A DNA stretch of 64,000 bases from an uncultured Chloroflexia bacterium. Its GTDB lineage: Bacteria > Chloroflexota > Limnocylindria > Limnocylindrales > CSP1-4. Made by a program: the position numbers and the translations under genes. Each line of letters opens with the position of its first letter. The first letter of the stretch is position 1. The stretch spans positions 198,754-262,753 of the forward strand of contig CAVWFY010000008.1 in assembly GCA_963754485.1 (NCBI GenBank), given 5' to 3'. The notes beneath the pieces were generated by a model. The model was not told where the DNA came from. It saw only the letters and a program-made list of their open reading frames with translations, and did no database searches. Below are positions 46,334 through 55,710 of this stretch, one piece after another.

Positions 46334-47037
46334 ATGGGCGGGAAGACGGTCATTGCGCTGGGTCTCATGGCCGGCCTCGTGGTCGGCGGGCTGATCGTGG
46401 GCGGTGTCATCGCGCTGGTGCCCAGCCCCGCGGCTGCCACGCCGGCGCCCGCAGCCTCGACCGTGCCCGCGCGGCGACGCCCGCGCCCGCAGCCTCGACC
46501 ACGCCGCCCGAGTCACCCGTCGTGCCGACGCCGATACCGGCTGCCTCGACCATGCCGCCCGCGGCCGAGTCCCAGGCGGCCCCGAGCCAGGCCGAGGCAT
46601 TCGGTATCGGGGAACCCGCCCCGCCGCTCATCCTGCCGCTGGCCGGCGGCGGCACCGTCGACCTCGCCGACTACCGGGGCAAGCCCGTGTGGGTCAACTT
46701 CATGGCCACCTGGTGCCCGTCCTGCGTGGACGAGTTGCCGGCCATGGCCGGCTTCGGGGCGCGCTACGAGGACACGGGCCTCGTGATCCTCCCGGTCGAC
46801 GTGCGCGAGGACGAGGCGGCGGTGGCAGCCTTCTACAAGGATCTTGGGCTCGCGTTGCCGGTTGGTCTCGACAGCGACGGCAAGGCCTCGGCCGAGTGGG
46901 CTGCGATCGCGCTGCCGGTCCACTTCTGGATCGACGAAGAGGGGATCGTGCGGGACGGGGCACTGGGCGGCATCGGCCCCGACATCATGGCCCGGGGGCT
47001 GCAGACGATCCTGCCGGGGGTCACGGTCACACCCTAG
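46334..47037 (+). CDS. TlpA/ResA-like membrane-anchored thioredoxin; 1-nt frameshift near 46470
   Basis: TM anchor in ORF 46235-46786; LADYRGKPVWVNFMATWCPSC and LPVHFWID in ORF 46522-47037; TGG-TACGCT 7 nt before the ATG. Confidence 0.82.
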
Positions 47038-47095
47038 CGGCCCGACGCCGGATCACGGCGCTCGATCCCGTCCCGGCCAGACCGGGCTCCGTACG

Positions 47096-48556
47096 CTAGA
47101 TCGCGGCCGCTGCCACCCCGACGATCTCGAGCAGGAGGTTCGGGAACACACCCAGGATGATCGTGAGGAACGTGCTGACCGCGAGGCCAGCCCACAGGAG
47201 GCGTCCGTGGCGCAGCCGCGGGAGCTCCCCGGCCGGGTCACGCATGAACATGTAGACCACGACGCGCAGGTAGTAGAAGGCCGCGACCGCGGCGTTGAGG
47301 ACGGTCAGGATCGCGAGCGCCGTCAGCGGGCCGCCGACCTCGACCGCCGCCGAGATCACGAGGAACTTGCCGAAGAAGCCCACGGTCGGCGGGATACCGG
47401 TCAGGCTGAGCAGGAACAGCGTCAGCAGCCAGGCCATCGCCGGCTCGCGGCGAACCAGCCCCGCGAAGGTGGACAGGTTGCTGGTGACGCCCGTCCGCCG
47501 CTGGAGCGCGGCGACCACGGCGAACGCGCCCAGGTTCATGAACGCGTACGCGGCGCCGTAGAACAGCAGGGCCTCCATACCAGCGACATTCCCGGCGCCG
47601 TAGGCGGCGAACCCGACCAGCATGTAGCCGGTGTGCGCGATGGACGAGTACGCGAGCATCCGCTTCACGTTGTCCTGCTGGAGCGCGACCAGGTTGCCGA
47701 GCGTCATCGTGAGGGCCGCCAGGGCCATGAACACGATGTTCCAGTCGATCGCGAGGTCCGCGAGGCCCTCGGCGAACAGCCGGATGATCAGCGCGAACGC
47801 CCCGATCTTGGGGCCGACGGAGAGGTATCCCGTGACCGGGGTCGGGGAGCCCTGGTACGCGTCCGGCGTCCAGTAGTGGAACGGCACCGCGGCGATCTTG
47901 AAGGCGACGCCCGTGGTCATGAACGCGAGGGCCAGGCCGAGGCCCGGCGACATCGGGATAGCCCCGCCGGCCACCTGACCCATGAAGCCCGCGACTTCGG
48001 AGATGTTCGTGGTTCCGGTGATGCCCCAGACGAACGCGAGGCCGAACAGGAAGATCGCGCTCGAGAACGACCCGAGCAGGAAGTACTTGATCGCACCCTC
48101 GGTGCTGTACCCGTCGGTCTTGTGGTAGCCGGCCAGGACGTAGCCCGGCAGCACCATGAGCTCGAGCCCCAGGAACAGGACCAGCAGGTCCCCTGCGGCG
48201 GCCAGGAGCATCGCGCCCGACATCGCAAACACGAGCAGGGCGGCGAACTCCGGCACCGGCAGCCCCCGCTCCTCGAGGTAGTCCGGGGCGAAGGCCATCG
48301 TGAGCGCGATGATCGAGACGAACAGCAGGTCGAGGAACGTGGTCAGCGGGTCCACGTCGTAGGCGCCGCCGAAGGCCTCGAACGTGCTCTGACCGGTGAT
48401 CAGCACCAGGACGGCGATCAGCGCCAGGCCCATGAACGTCGTGATCAGGGCCGGGGCCTTGCGACCCGGGAAGATGAAGTCGACCGTGAGAATCGCGAGG
48501 GCGACCAGGATGGCGGCGATGAACGGCGCCAACACGGTGGCGTCCTGGAAGGTCAC
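47096..48556 (-). CDS. nuoN: NADH-quinone oxidoreductase subunit N
   Basis: EGAIKYFLLG, FKIAAVPFHYWTPDAYQG, KRMLAYSSIAH, GIPPTVGF. Confidence 0.96.
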   Translation of the reverse strand: MTFQDATVLAPFIAAILVALAILTVDFIFPGRKAPALITTFMGLALIAVLVLITGQSTFEAFGGAYDVDPLTTFLDLLFVSIIALTMAFAPDYLEERGLPVPEFAALLVFAMSGAMLLAAAGDLLVLFLGLELMVLPGYVLAGYHKTDGYSTEGAIKYFLLGSFSSAIFLFGLAFVWGITGTTNISEVAGFMGQVAGGAIPMSPGLGLALAFMTTGVAFKIAAVPFHYWTPDAYQGSPTPVTGYLSVGPKIGAFALIIRLFAEGLADLAIDWNIVFMALAALTMTLGNLVALQQDNVKRMLAYSSIAHTGYMLVGFAAYGAGNVAGMEALLFYGAAYAFMNLGAFAVVAALQRRTGVTSNLSTFAGLVRREPAMAWLLTLFLLSLTGIPPTVGFFGKFLVISAAVEVGGPLTALAILTVLNAAVAAFYYLRVVVYMFMRDPAGELPRLRHGRLLWAGLAVSTFLTIILGVFPNLLLEIVGVAAAAI

Positions 48557-48566
48557 GGGTGTCCTC

Positions 48567-50120
48567 CTACCGCCACAGGCCGAGGGCGACGGGTGCGGCC
48601 TGCGAGACGGCGGCGAGCGCGTTGTCGACGGAGCCGGCGATCAGGTCGAGAATCAGGCCCGGCCACAGGCCGAAGACCACGACGAGGACCCCGAGCGGCA
48701 CCAGCGTCAGTGCTTCGACGGGGCGCATGTCGGTCAGGTGGCTTCCCAGGCCCTTCAGGAAGTCCGAGAGCTCGCCGAACAGCACTCGCTGGAGCATCCA
48801 GAGCAGGTAGCCGGCGGCGAGGATCATCACGAACGTTGCGACTGCCGCCGCAGCCGGGTTGGCCGCGAACGTGCCCACCAGGGTCAGGAACTCGCCCACG
48901 AAGCCGGACAGGCCCGGCAGGCCCACCGAGGCGAAGACGAAGAACCCGAATGCCGCCGCGTAGACCGGGACCGCGCTGCCCAGGCCGCCCATCTTGGCGA
49001 TGGTGCGGTCATGGGTGCGCTCGTAGATCACGCCTACGAGGAGGAACAGGGCGCCGGTGATGAGGCCGTGGTTGACCATCTGCAGGATCGCGCCCTGCAT
49101 GCCCTGCTCCTGGAACACGAAGATACCGAGGGTCACGAAGCCCATGTGCGAGACGGACGAGTACGCGACCAGCTTCTTGAGGTCGGGCTGGACGAGCGCA
49201 ACGATGGCGCCGTAGATGATCGCGATCAGGCTCAGGACGATGATCAGCGGGGCCCAGGCCTGCGCCGCCTCGGGAAAGAACGGCAGGGCGAACCGGATGA
49301 ACCCGTAGCCGCCCAGCTTGAGCAGCACGCCGGCCAGGATGACCGAGCCGGCCGTCGGCGCCTCGACGTGCGCGTCGGGCAGCCAGGTATGGAACGGGAA
49401 CATCGGGACCTTGATCGCGAACGCCAGGAAGAACGCACCGAAGGCGATCAGCCCGAAGGTGCCGCCGAACGCGCCCGTCGCCGCGTAGTCGGCCAGCGCC
49501 TGCACGTCGAAGGCGCCCTCCCAGCTGCCGCCGTGCCCGCTCTGGTAGGTGTACGCGGTCGCCAGGATCGCGACCAGCATCAGCAGTGAGCCGACCAGCG
49601 TGTAGAGGACGAACTTGATCGTGGCGTAGATGCGGTTCTTGCCGCCCCAGATCCCGATGATCAGGTACATCGGCACGAGGACCAGCTCCCAGAAGATGTA
49701 GAACAGGAACAGGTCCATCGCCACGAATACGCCGATCATGCCGACTTCCAGGACGAGGAAGGAGATCATGTACTCCTTGACCCGGTACTGGATCGGCCCG
49801 AACGAGGCCAGGATGCTGATCCAGGTCAGCGTCGTCGTCAGGACGACGAGCACGATCGAGAGCCCGTCCACGCCCACGGCATAGTTGATCCCGAAGGTCG
49901 GGATCCAGGCCAGCGACTCCGTGAACTGGAAGGCGGGGTCGCTGGCGACGAAGCCCGCCAGCATGACCAGCGAGACGACCCAGGCCGCCAGCGCGAAGCC
50001 CAGCGCCAGGTAGCGCGCCATGTTCGGGCGGCCCGTGGGCGTGAAGGCGATGACGAGCGCACCGAGGGCCGGCAGGAACGTGACGAGGGTGACCATCGGG
50101 AGGTCGTTGAGCCAGGTCAT
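48567..50120 (-). CDS. nuoM: NADH-quinone oxidoreductase subunit M
   Basis: GVDGLS, YIFWELVL, IKVPMFPFHTWLPDAHVEAP, KKLVAYSSVSH, GLPGLSGFVGEF. Confidence 0.96.
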   Translation of the reverse strand: MTWLNDLPMVTLVTFLPALGALVIAFTPTGRPNMARYLALGFALAAWVVSLVMLAGFVASDPAFQFTESLAWIPTFGINYAVGVDGLSIVLVVLTTTLTWISILASFGPIQYRVKEYMISFLVLEVGMIGVFVAMDLFLFYIFWELVLVPMYLIIGIWGGKNRIYATIKFVLYTLVGSLLMLVAILATAYTYQSGHGGSWEGAFDVQALADYAATGAFGGTFGLIAFGAFFLAFAIKVPMFPFHTWLPDAHVEAPTAGSVILAGVLLKLGGYGFIRFALPFFPEAAQAWAPLIIVLSLIAIIYGAIVALVQPDLKKLVAYSSVSHMGFVTLGIFVFQEQGMQGAILQMVNHGLITGALFLLVGVIYERTHDRTIAKMGGLGSAVPVYAAAFGFFVFASVGLPGLSGFVGEFLTLVGTFAANPAAAAVATFVMILAAGYLLWMLQRVLFGELSDFLKGLGSHLTDMRPVEALTLVPLGVLVVVFGLWPGLILDLIAGSVDNALAAVSQAAPVALGLWR

Positions 50121-52165
50121 CGCGGCTGCCCCACGATCAGCAGGAACGAGCCGGCCATCACGAGCAGGCCGATCGCGATGCCCAGCGCGTAGTTCTGCAC
50201 CCGCCCGGTCTGGATCTTCCGCAGCCCCCCGCCGGCGTCCTTGACGACGGTCCCAATGCCATTGACGGTGCCGTCCACGATCCTGGTGTCGAACCACCAG
50301 AGCGCGGCGGCGACCCGTCCGCCGATGCGGATGAACAGCAGGTCGTTGAGCTCGTCGAACCACCACTTGTTGAGCGAGGCGCGGTACAGGAACCTCGTCG
50401 CGCCGTTGGCGTTCACGAGCGCGTCGATGCGCTCCTGCTTGACGCGGCGCTTGCCCACGCCGAACAGGTAGATGCCGGCGACCAGGCCGAGCGTGGCGAC
50501 GAACACGCTGGACAGGATCAGGTAGCCGTCGATGCCGAACAGCTGGTAGGTCGCGGCCTCGCCGTGCTGGTAGAGCTCCGACTCGATGAACACCGGCTCG
50601 AGCCAGTGCTTGATCGTCGAGGCCCCGAGCGGCAGCCCGAGGGCGATGCCCAGGAACGCCGACGGGATGGCGAGCAGGATCAGCGGCAGGGTCATCGTCC
50701 ACGGAGACTCGTGGACGTGCGGCTCCACGTGCGGGTCGACGCGCGACTCGCCGTAGAACGTCTTGCCCATCAGGCGCCACATGTAGAAGGCGGTCATCCC
50801 CGCCACGACGACACCGATGCCCCAGACCCAGTAGTCGCCGAACTTGAAGGCCTCGCCCAGGATCTCGTCCTTGGAGAAGAAGCCCGCGAACAGTGGGATG
50901 CCGGAGATCGCCAGGGTGCCGATGAGCATCGTGACGTGGGTGATGGGGATCTTCCGCCACAGGCCGCCCATCCGGTTCATGTCCTGCTCGCCGTCCACCG
51001 CGTGGATCACGGAGCCTGAACCGAGGAACAGCAGGCCCTTGAAGAAGCCGTGGGCCATGAGGTGGAAGATGGCGGCCACCCAGGCGCCGATGCCGAGGGC
51101 CGCGAACATGTAGCCCAGCTGCGAGAGCGTCGAGTAGGCGAGGACGCGCTTGATGTCCGTCTGGGTCAGCGCGATCGACGCGGCGAGGATGGCCGTGAAG
51201 ATGCCGATGGCCGCGACCACGACCATCGCCTCCTGCGCGTGGGCGAACAGCGGGTTGGCGCGGGCCACGAGGTACACGCCGGCGTTGACCATGGTGGCCG
51301 CGTGAATGAGGGCGGACACCGGTGTCGGGCCCTCCATCGCGTCCGGCAGCCAGACGTGGAGCGGGAACTGGGCGCTCTTGCCCATCGCGCCGGCGAAGAC
51401 CAGCAGCGCGACCACGACGATCGGGATCACGTTCGTGGCATCCGGCGCGATCAGCTTCTCGAGGGAGTCGGCGATGTTGAGCGTCCCGGTGTTGACGAAG
51501 ATCGCCATGATCCCGAGCGCGAACCCGACGTCGCCGACCCGGTTGACGATGAACGCCTTCTTGGCGGCCAGCGCCGCGGACCGCTTCTGGTACCAGAACC
51601 CGATCAGGCTGTACGACGACAGGCCCACCAGCTCCCAGCCGGCGAACACGAGCAGCCAGTTGTCCGCCAGGACCAGGACCAGCATCGAGAACATGAACAG
51701 GTTGAGGTAGGCGAAGAAGCGCCACGTGGCGTTGTCGTGCGCCATGTAGCCGACCGAGTACAGGTGCACGAGCATGCCGATCGTCGTGACGACGATCAGG
51801 AGGCAGGCGGTCAGGGCGTCCACGTGGAAGCCCATGTCGACCACGAAGTCGCCGGCGGGGATCCAGGTCCACAGGGTGATGTCCAGGCCGTGCTCGCCGA
51901 AGGGCTCGGCGTGCGTCAGAGCCGGGATCACCACGGCCATCGCGATGATCCACACCGCGACCACGGTCGCCAGCGGGACGATCTCGGCGGCCGTGCGCCC
52001 GAAGCGCATTTGCAGGCGGCGCCCGAACAGGGCCGTGAAGGCGAAGCCCAGGATGGGCAGGAGTGGGATCAGCGGGATCAGGATCCCGTAGATGCCGGGA
52101 TCCGCGGCCACGCCGACGGGCTCGGCCTCGACCGCCGCGAAGATCAGGCTCGGGAGGACGTGCAT
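50117..52165 (-). CDS. nuoL: NADH-quinone oxidoreductase subunit L
   Basis: GKSAQFPLHVWLPDAMEGPTPVSALIHAATMV, DIKRVLAYSTLSQLG, GFFSKD. Confidence 0.97.
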   Translation of the reverse strand: MHVLPSLIFAAVEAEPVGVAADPGIYGILIPLIPLLPILGFAFTALFGRRLQMRFGRTAAEIVPLATVVAVWIIAMAVVIPALTHAEPFGEHGLDITLWTWIPAGDFVVDMGFHVDALTACLLIVVTTIGMLVHLYSVGYMAHDNATWRFFAYLNLFMFSMLVLVLADNWLLVFAGWELVGLSSYSLIGFWYQKRSAALAAKKAFIVNRVGDVGFALGIMAIFVNTGTLNIADSLEKLIAPDATNVIPIVVVALLVFAGAMGKSAQFPLHVWLPDAMEGPTPVSALIHAATMVNAGVYLVARANPLFAHAQEAMVVVAAIGIFTAILAASIALTQTDIKRVLAYSTLSQLGYMFAALGIGAWVAAIFHLMAHGFFKGLLFLGSGSVIHAVDGEQDMNRMGGLWRKIPITHVTMLIGTLAISGIPLFAGFFSKDEILGEAFKFGDYWVWGIGVVVAGMTAFYMWRLMGKTFYGESRVDPHVEPHVHESPWTMTLPLILLAIPSAFLGIALGLPLGASTIKHWLEPVFIESELYQHGEAATYQLFGIDGYLILSSVFVATLGLVAGIYLFGVGKRRVKQERIDALVNANGATRFLYRASLNKWWFDELNDLLFIRIGGRVAAALWWFDTRIVDGTVNGIGTVVKDAGGGLRKIQTGRVQNYALGIAIGLLVMAGSFLLIVGQPR

Positions 52166-52177
52166 TTCGATCGCCGC

Positions 52178-52510
52178 CTACTGCCGCATCGCGTCGTACT
52201 CGTCGACGAGTGGCGTCTTCTTGTTGCGGAAGATCGCGATCACGATCGCGAGGCCCACCGTGGCCTCCGCCGCCGCGGCTGCGATGACGATCAGCGCGAT
52301 GGCGGACGCGTCCACGGTCAGCTTGAGCGTGAAGGCCCCGAACGCGATGATCGCGAGGTTGACGGCGTTGAGCATCAGCTCGATGGACATGAGCATGCTG
52401 ATCGCGTTGCGCCGGGCCAGGAAGCCGAAGGCGCCGATCGCGAACAGGAGGCAGGCGAGGACGAGGTAGGCGTCCAGGCTCTGCGAGATGCCGTCGAAGC
52501 CGGAGAGCAT
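52178..52510 (-). CDS. nuoK: NADH-quinone oxidoreductase subunit K
   Basis: RRNAISMLMSIELMLNA, AAAEATVGLAI. Confidence 0.96.
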   Translation of the reverse strand: MLSGFDGISQSLDAYLVLACLLFAIGAFGFLARRNAISMLMSIELMLNAVNLAIIAFGAFTLKLTVDASAIALIVIAAAAAEATVGLAIVIAIFRNKKTPLVDEYDAMRQ

Positions 52511-53046
52511 CAGTCGGTGCTCCCCGTCTCGCGCTTGGCGAGGAAGACCCCGCCGATCACCGCCGCCAGGAGCAGCACGCTCACGATCTCGAAGGGCAGC
52601 GTGTAGTCCGTGAACAGCGTCTGGGCCAGGTCGTTCGCGTTGGTCGCGATGCGCCTGCCGGTCTCACCCCAGTCGGTCGAGGCCACGACGACCGCCATCA
52701 GGAGGGCCAGCACCGCCGCGGCGATGGCGGCCGGGAAAGCCTGCGTCTGGAACACCAGGGACGCTGGTCCAGCCTTGGTCTGGGTCAGCATGATGGCGAA
52801 CAGGACGAGCACGCTGATGGCGCCGATGTAGACCAGCACCTGCGCGGCGGCGACCACCGTCGCGCCCGCGAACACGTACAGGCCCGCGAGCGCCGCGAAG
52901 CAGATGATCATCGCCAGGCCGCAGCGGATGATGTCCTTCATCACCACGACCAGCAGGGCCGACCCGACCATGATGGCGGCGAAGGTCATGAACAGCAGGT
53001 CATCCCACCCGAACCCAAGCAGCGGGATCGTCTCCGGCAGCGTCAC
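52510..53046 (-). CDS. nuoJ: NADH-quinone oxidoreductase subunit J
   Basis: QVLVYIGAISVLVLFAIM, YTLPFEIVSVLLLAAVIG. Confidence 0.95.
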   Translation of the reverse strand: MTLPETIPLLGFGWDDLLFMTFAAIMVGSALLVVVMKDIIRCGLAMIICFAALAGLYVFAGATVVAAAQVLVYIGAISVLVLFAIMLTQTKAGPASLVFQTQAFPAAIAAAVLALLMAVVVASTDWGETGRRIATNANDLAQTLFTDYTLPFEIVSVLLLAAVIGGVFLAKRETGSTD

Positions 53047-53055
53047 GCGGTCCTC

Positions 53056-55710
53056 TCAGCGTTCCTGGGCGTGGGCGGACCCGTTCGCGGACCCGTGGTG
53101 GTGTCCGTTCCCGGTTCCGTTTCCGTTCCCGTTCCCGGTCGCGAGCGAGGCGGGGAGGACGGGGAGCAGCCGGGCCTCGTCGAGGATGCGTCCCTCGGCC
53201 CGTGCACGCTCCGCCCAGTCGCGCTCGCGGCGGATGTAGCTCATCTCCGTCTCGCGCTCGACCGCGGCCAGCGCGAGGAGGTCGATCATCGGCTCTTCGC
53301 GGGACGTGTGGCTGAGCTCGAACTGGTCGCTGTCGCGGACGGCGTCGTACGGGCAGGCGTCGACGCAGATGCCGCACAGGATGCAGCGGCTCTCGTCGAC
53401 CTCGTACTTCTGCAGGACCCGCGGCTTGGGCATCAGCGCGCCGGTGGGGCACGTCTCGGCACAGCGTCCACAGGACACGCAGGGCGTGTCGTTGAGGCTC
53501 ATGTCCAGCGGCGTCGTCACGAGGGTGTCGAAGCCGATGCGCATGAAGTCGTAGCAGGCGGCGCCCACGACCTCGGCGCACACGTTGGCGCACCGGCCGC
53601 AGTCGATGCAGCGGGCCGGCTCGCGCAGGATGAACGCGTGGCTGTCGTCGCGGACGTAGTCGTGGTTGACGCCCGTGAACCGGTTCTCGGTGACGGACCG
53701 GTAGCCGGCGCCCTGGTGGAAGTTCTTCTCCAGGGTCTTGAGCGTCGTGCCGTACTCGATGCCCAGGCGGCGCAGGTCGCAGAACCCGATGGCCTCACAG
53801 GTGCACTGGAGGCAGCGGGTGGACTCGGCCACGGCCTCGTCGCGGGAGTACGGGATCTCGTACTCGAGGTAGCTGGCGTTGCGGGCCTCGGCCTCGAGCG
53901 CCTTGAGGCGGTAGCGCGGCTCCTTGATCTCGCCCGTGAACGGCACGATCGAGAGGAACTCCGGCTGCGGCTCGGCGAGCGTCTGGCGGGTCCGGATGGC
54001 GGCGAGGTCGTTGCCCCGCAGGTAGGCGTCCACCGCGTAGGCGGCGCGACGGCCCTCGGCGATGGCCTGGACCACGGTCGCGGCGCCGATCCGGACGTCG
54101 CCGCTGGCGAACACGCCCGGGCGCCCGGTCTCGAAGGTGACGGCGTCGGCCTGGAGGCGCCGGTTGCGGGTGGCCGAGAGACCCTCGTTGCCGGGACCGA
54201 ACCAACGCAGGTCAGGACCCTGGCCGATGGCGAGCAGGACGCGGTCGCAGGGGATGATGAACTCGGTGCCCGCGGCCGGCTCCGGGCGGCGACGACCGGA
54301 CGCATCGGGCTCGCCCAGCTGCATCCGGATGAACTCGATGCCCGTCGTGGTGCCGTTCTCGTCCTTGATCACGCGCGTCGGGCCGGCCTGGAAGATGGTG
54401 GTGACACCCTCCTCGATGGCCTCGTGGACCTCGCTGGACGCGGGCATGTCCTTCATGTCGCGGCGGTAGACGAGCGTCACCTCGCCGGCGCCCTGGCGGA
54501 CCGAGGTGCGGACGCAGTCCATCGCGGTGAAGCCGCCGCCCACGACCACGACCCGGGTGCCGACGTGACCCGGGTAGGGCAGGCCGAGCGTGGCCGTGCG
54601 CAGGTACTCCAGCCCGTCGATGACGCCGTCGGCATCCTCGTCCGGGATGCCCAGCTTGTTGGTGTCGTAGCAGCCGATGGCGATGACGACGCTGTCGAAC
54701 CCCTGGTTCTGGAGGTCGTCGAGCGTGAAGTCCCGGCCCAGCTCCATGTTGCAGCGCATCTTCCCGCCCAGGCGGGTGACGGACTCGTACTCGGCCTCGA
54801 GGACCTCCACCTTGGGCAGGCGGTACTGCGGGATGCCGTAGCGGAGCATGCCGCCGGGCGCCGGGTCGCGCTCGAAGATCGTCACGTCGTGGCCGGAGAG
54901 CAGCAGGTAGAAGGCCGCGCTCATGCCGGCCGGCCCGGACCCGATGACCGCCGCGCGCCGGCCCGACGGGGCCTGCTTCTCGAACGGCAGCGGCGGGTCG
55001 ATGCCCTCGTCGAGCATCGCCTTGATCACCTGGTCGCCGGCGTAGCGATGGCTGTCGCGGATCGCGATCGCCTCGTCCACCTCGTCGCGCCGGCAGTGCT
55101 CCTCGCACGGGGCGGGGCACACGCGACCGAGCACGCTGGGGAACGGGATCGTGCGCTTGAAGATGCGCACCGACTCGCGCCACTCGGCCTCCGCGTTCGC
55201 CTTGAGGAAGCCGGGGATGTCGATGTGGCTGGGGCACTTGTTCTGGCACGGCGGCAGGCAGTACGCGTTGTGGTCGCTGAAGATCAGCTCGAGGTTGGTC
55301 TTGCGGATCCGGCGCAGCTCGTCGGTCTGGGTGCGGACCACCATGTCCGCCTCGGCCGCGCGGGAGCAGGAGATGGGAGGCTGGTCCTCGCCCTCGACCT
55401 CGACCACGCACATCCGGCAGGCGCCGAAGCCCGGCAGCTTGGGCTCGTAGCACAGCGTCGGGATCTCGATGTCGTTGTCGCGACAGACCTCGAGGATCGT
55501 CTGGCCCTCGAAGCCCTCCACGACCCGCCCGTCGACCTCGATCCGGATCCGGGGCGTGCTCTGCGGTCGCTGCGGCGACTGCGTCGTGATGAGCTGCTCG
55601 GCGAGGGAGTCCTCGCGCGGCGTCGTGGTGTCGTAGACGCGCGGGGTGTCCGGGCGGACCTCCCGGGGACGGTCGAGCGGCGTCTCGGGACGGATGATGA
55701 GGTCGGCCAT
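53056..55710 (-). CDS. 884-aa fusion: NuoG-type Fe-S N-terminus, inserted GltD/NfnB-like FAD/NADPH domain, 2x[4Fe-4S] domain, C-terminal half of NuoI
   Basis: IPTLCY..GACRMC, HNAYC, PCQNKCP, GRVCPAPCEEHC, GSGPAG, GGGFTAMD, YRR, RCLQCTC, CIDCGRC, CVSCGRCAETCP, YEVDESRCILCGICVDACP. Confidence 0.88.
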   Translation of the reverse strand: MADLIIRPETPLDRPREVRPDTPRVYDTTTPREDSLAEQLITTQSPQRPQSTPRIRIEVDGRVVEGFEGQTILEVCRDNDIEIPTLCYEPKLPGFGACRMCVVEVEGEDQPPISCSRAAEADMVVRTQTDELRRIRKTNLELIFSDHNAYCLPPCQNKCPSHIDIPGFLKANAEAEWRESVRIFKRTIPFPSVLGRVCPAPCEEHCRRDEVDEAIAIRDSHRYAGDQVIKAMLDEGIDPPLPFEKQAPSGRRAAVIGSGPAGMSAAFYLLLSGHDVTIFERDPAPGGMLRYGIPQYRLPKVEVLEAEYESVTRLGGKMRCNMELGRDFTLDDLQNQGFDSVVIAIGCYDTNKLGIPDEDADGVIDGLEYLRTATLGLPYPGHVGTRVVVVGGGFTAMDCVRTSVRQGAGEVTLVYRRDMKDMPASSEVHEAIEEGVTTIFQAGPTRVIKDENGTTTGIEFIRMQLGEPDASGRRRPEPAAGTEFIIPCDRVLLAIGQGPDLRWFGPGNEGLSATRNRRLQADAVTFETGRPGVFASGDVRIGAATVVQAIAEGRRAAYAVDAYLRGNDLAAIRTRQTLAEPQPEFLSIVPFTGEIKEPRYRLKALEAEARNASYLEYEIPYSRDEAVAESTRCLQCTCEAIGFCDLRRLGIEYGTTLKTLEKNFHQGAGYRSVTENRFTGVNHDYVRDDSHAFILREPARCIDCGRCANVCAEVVGAACYDFMRIGFDTLVTTPLDMSLNDTPCVSCGRCAETCPTGALMPKPRVLQKYEVDESRCILCGICVDACPYDAVRDSDQFELSHTSREEPMIDLLALAAVERETEMSYIRRERDWAERARAEGRILDEARLLPVLPASLATGNGNGNGTGNGHHHGSANGSAHAQER

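Noticed and set aside
48567-51953. Apparent 1128-aa NuoM with a long N-terminal extension
   Set aside because: The extension is an off-frame reading of nuoL; NuoM starts at the ATG at 50120, overlapping the nuoL stop
47096-52165. 2M-type complex I with a duplicated nuoM, as in some Chloroflexota
   Set aside because: Only one each of nuoL, nuoM and nuoN is present
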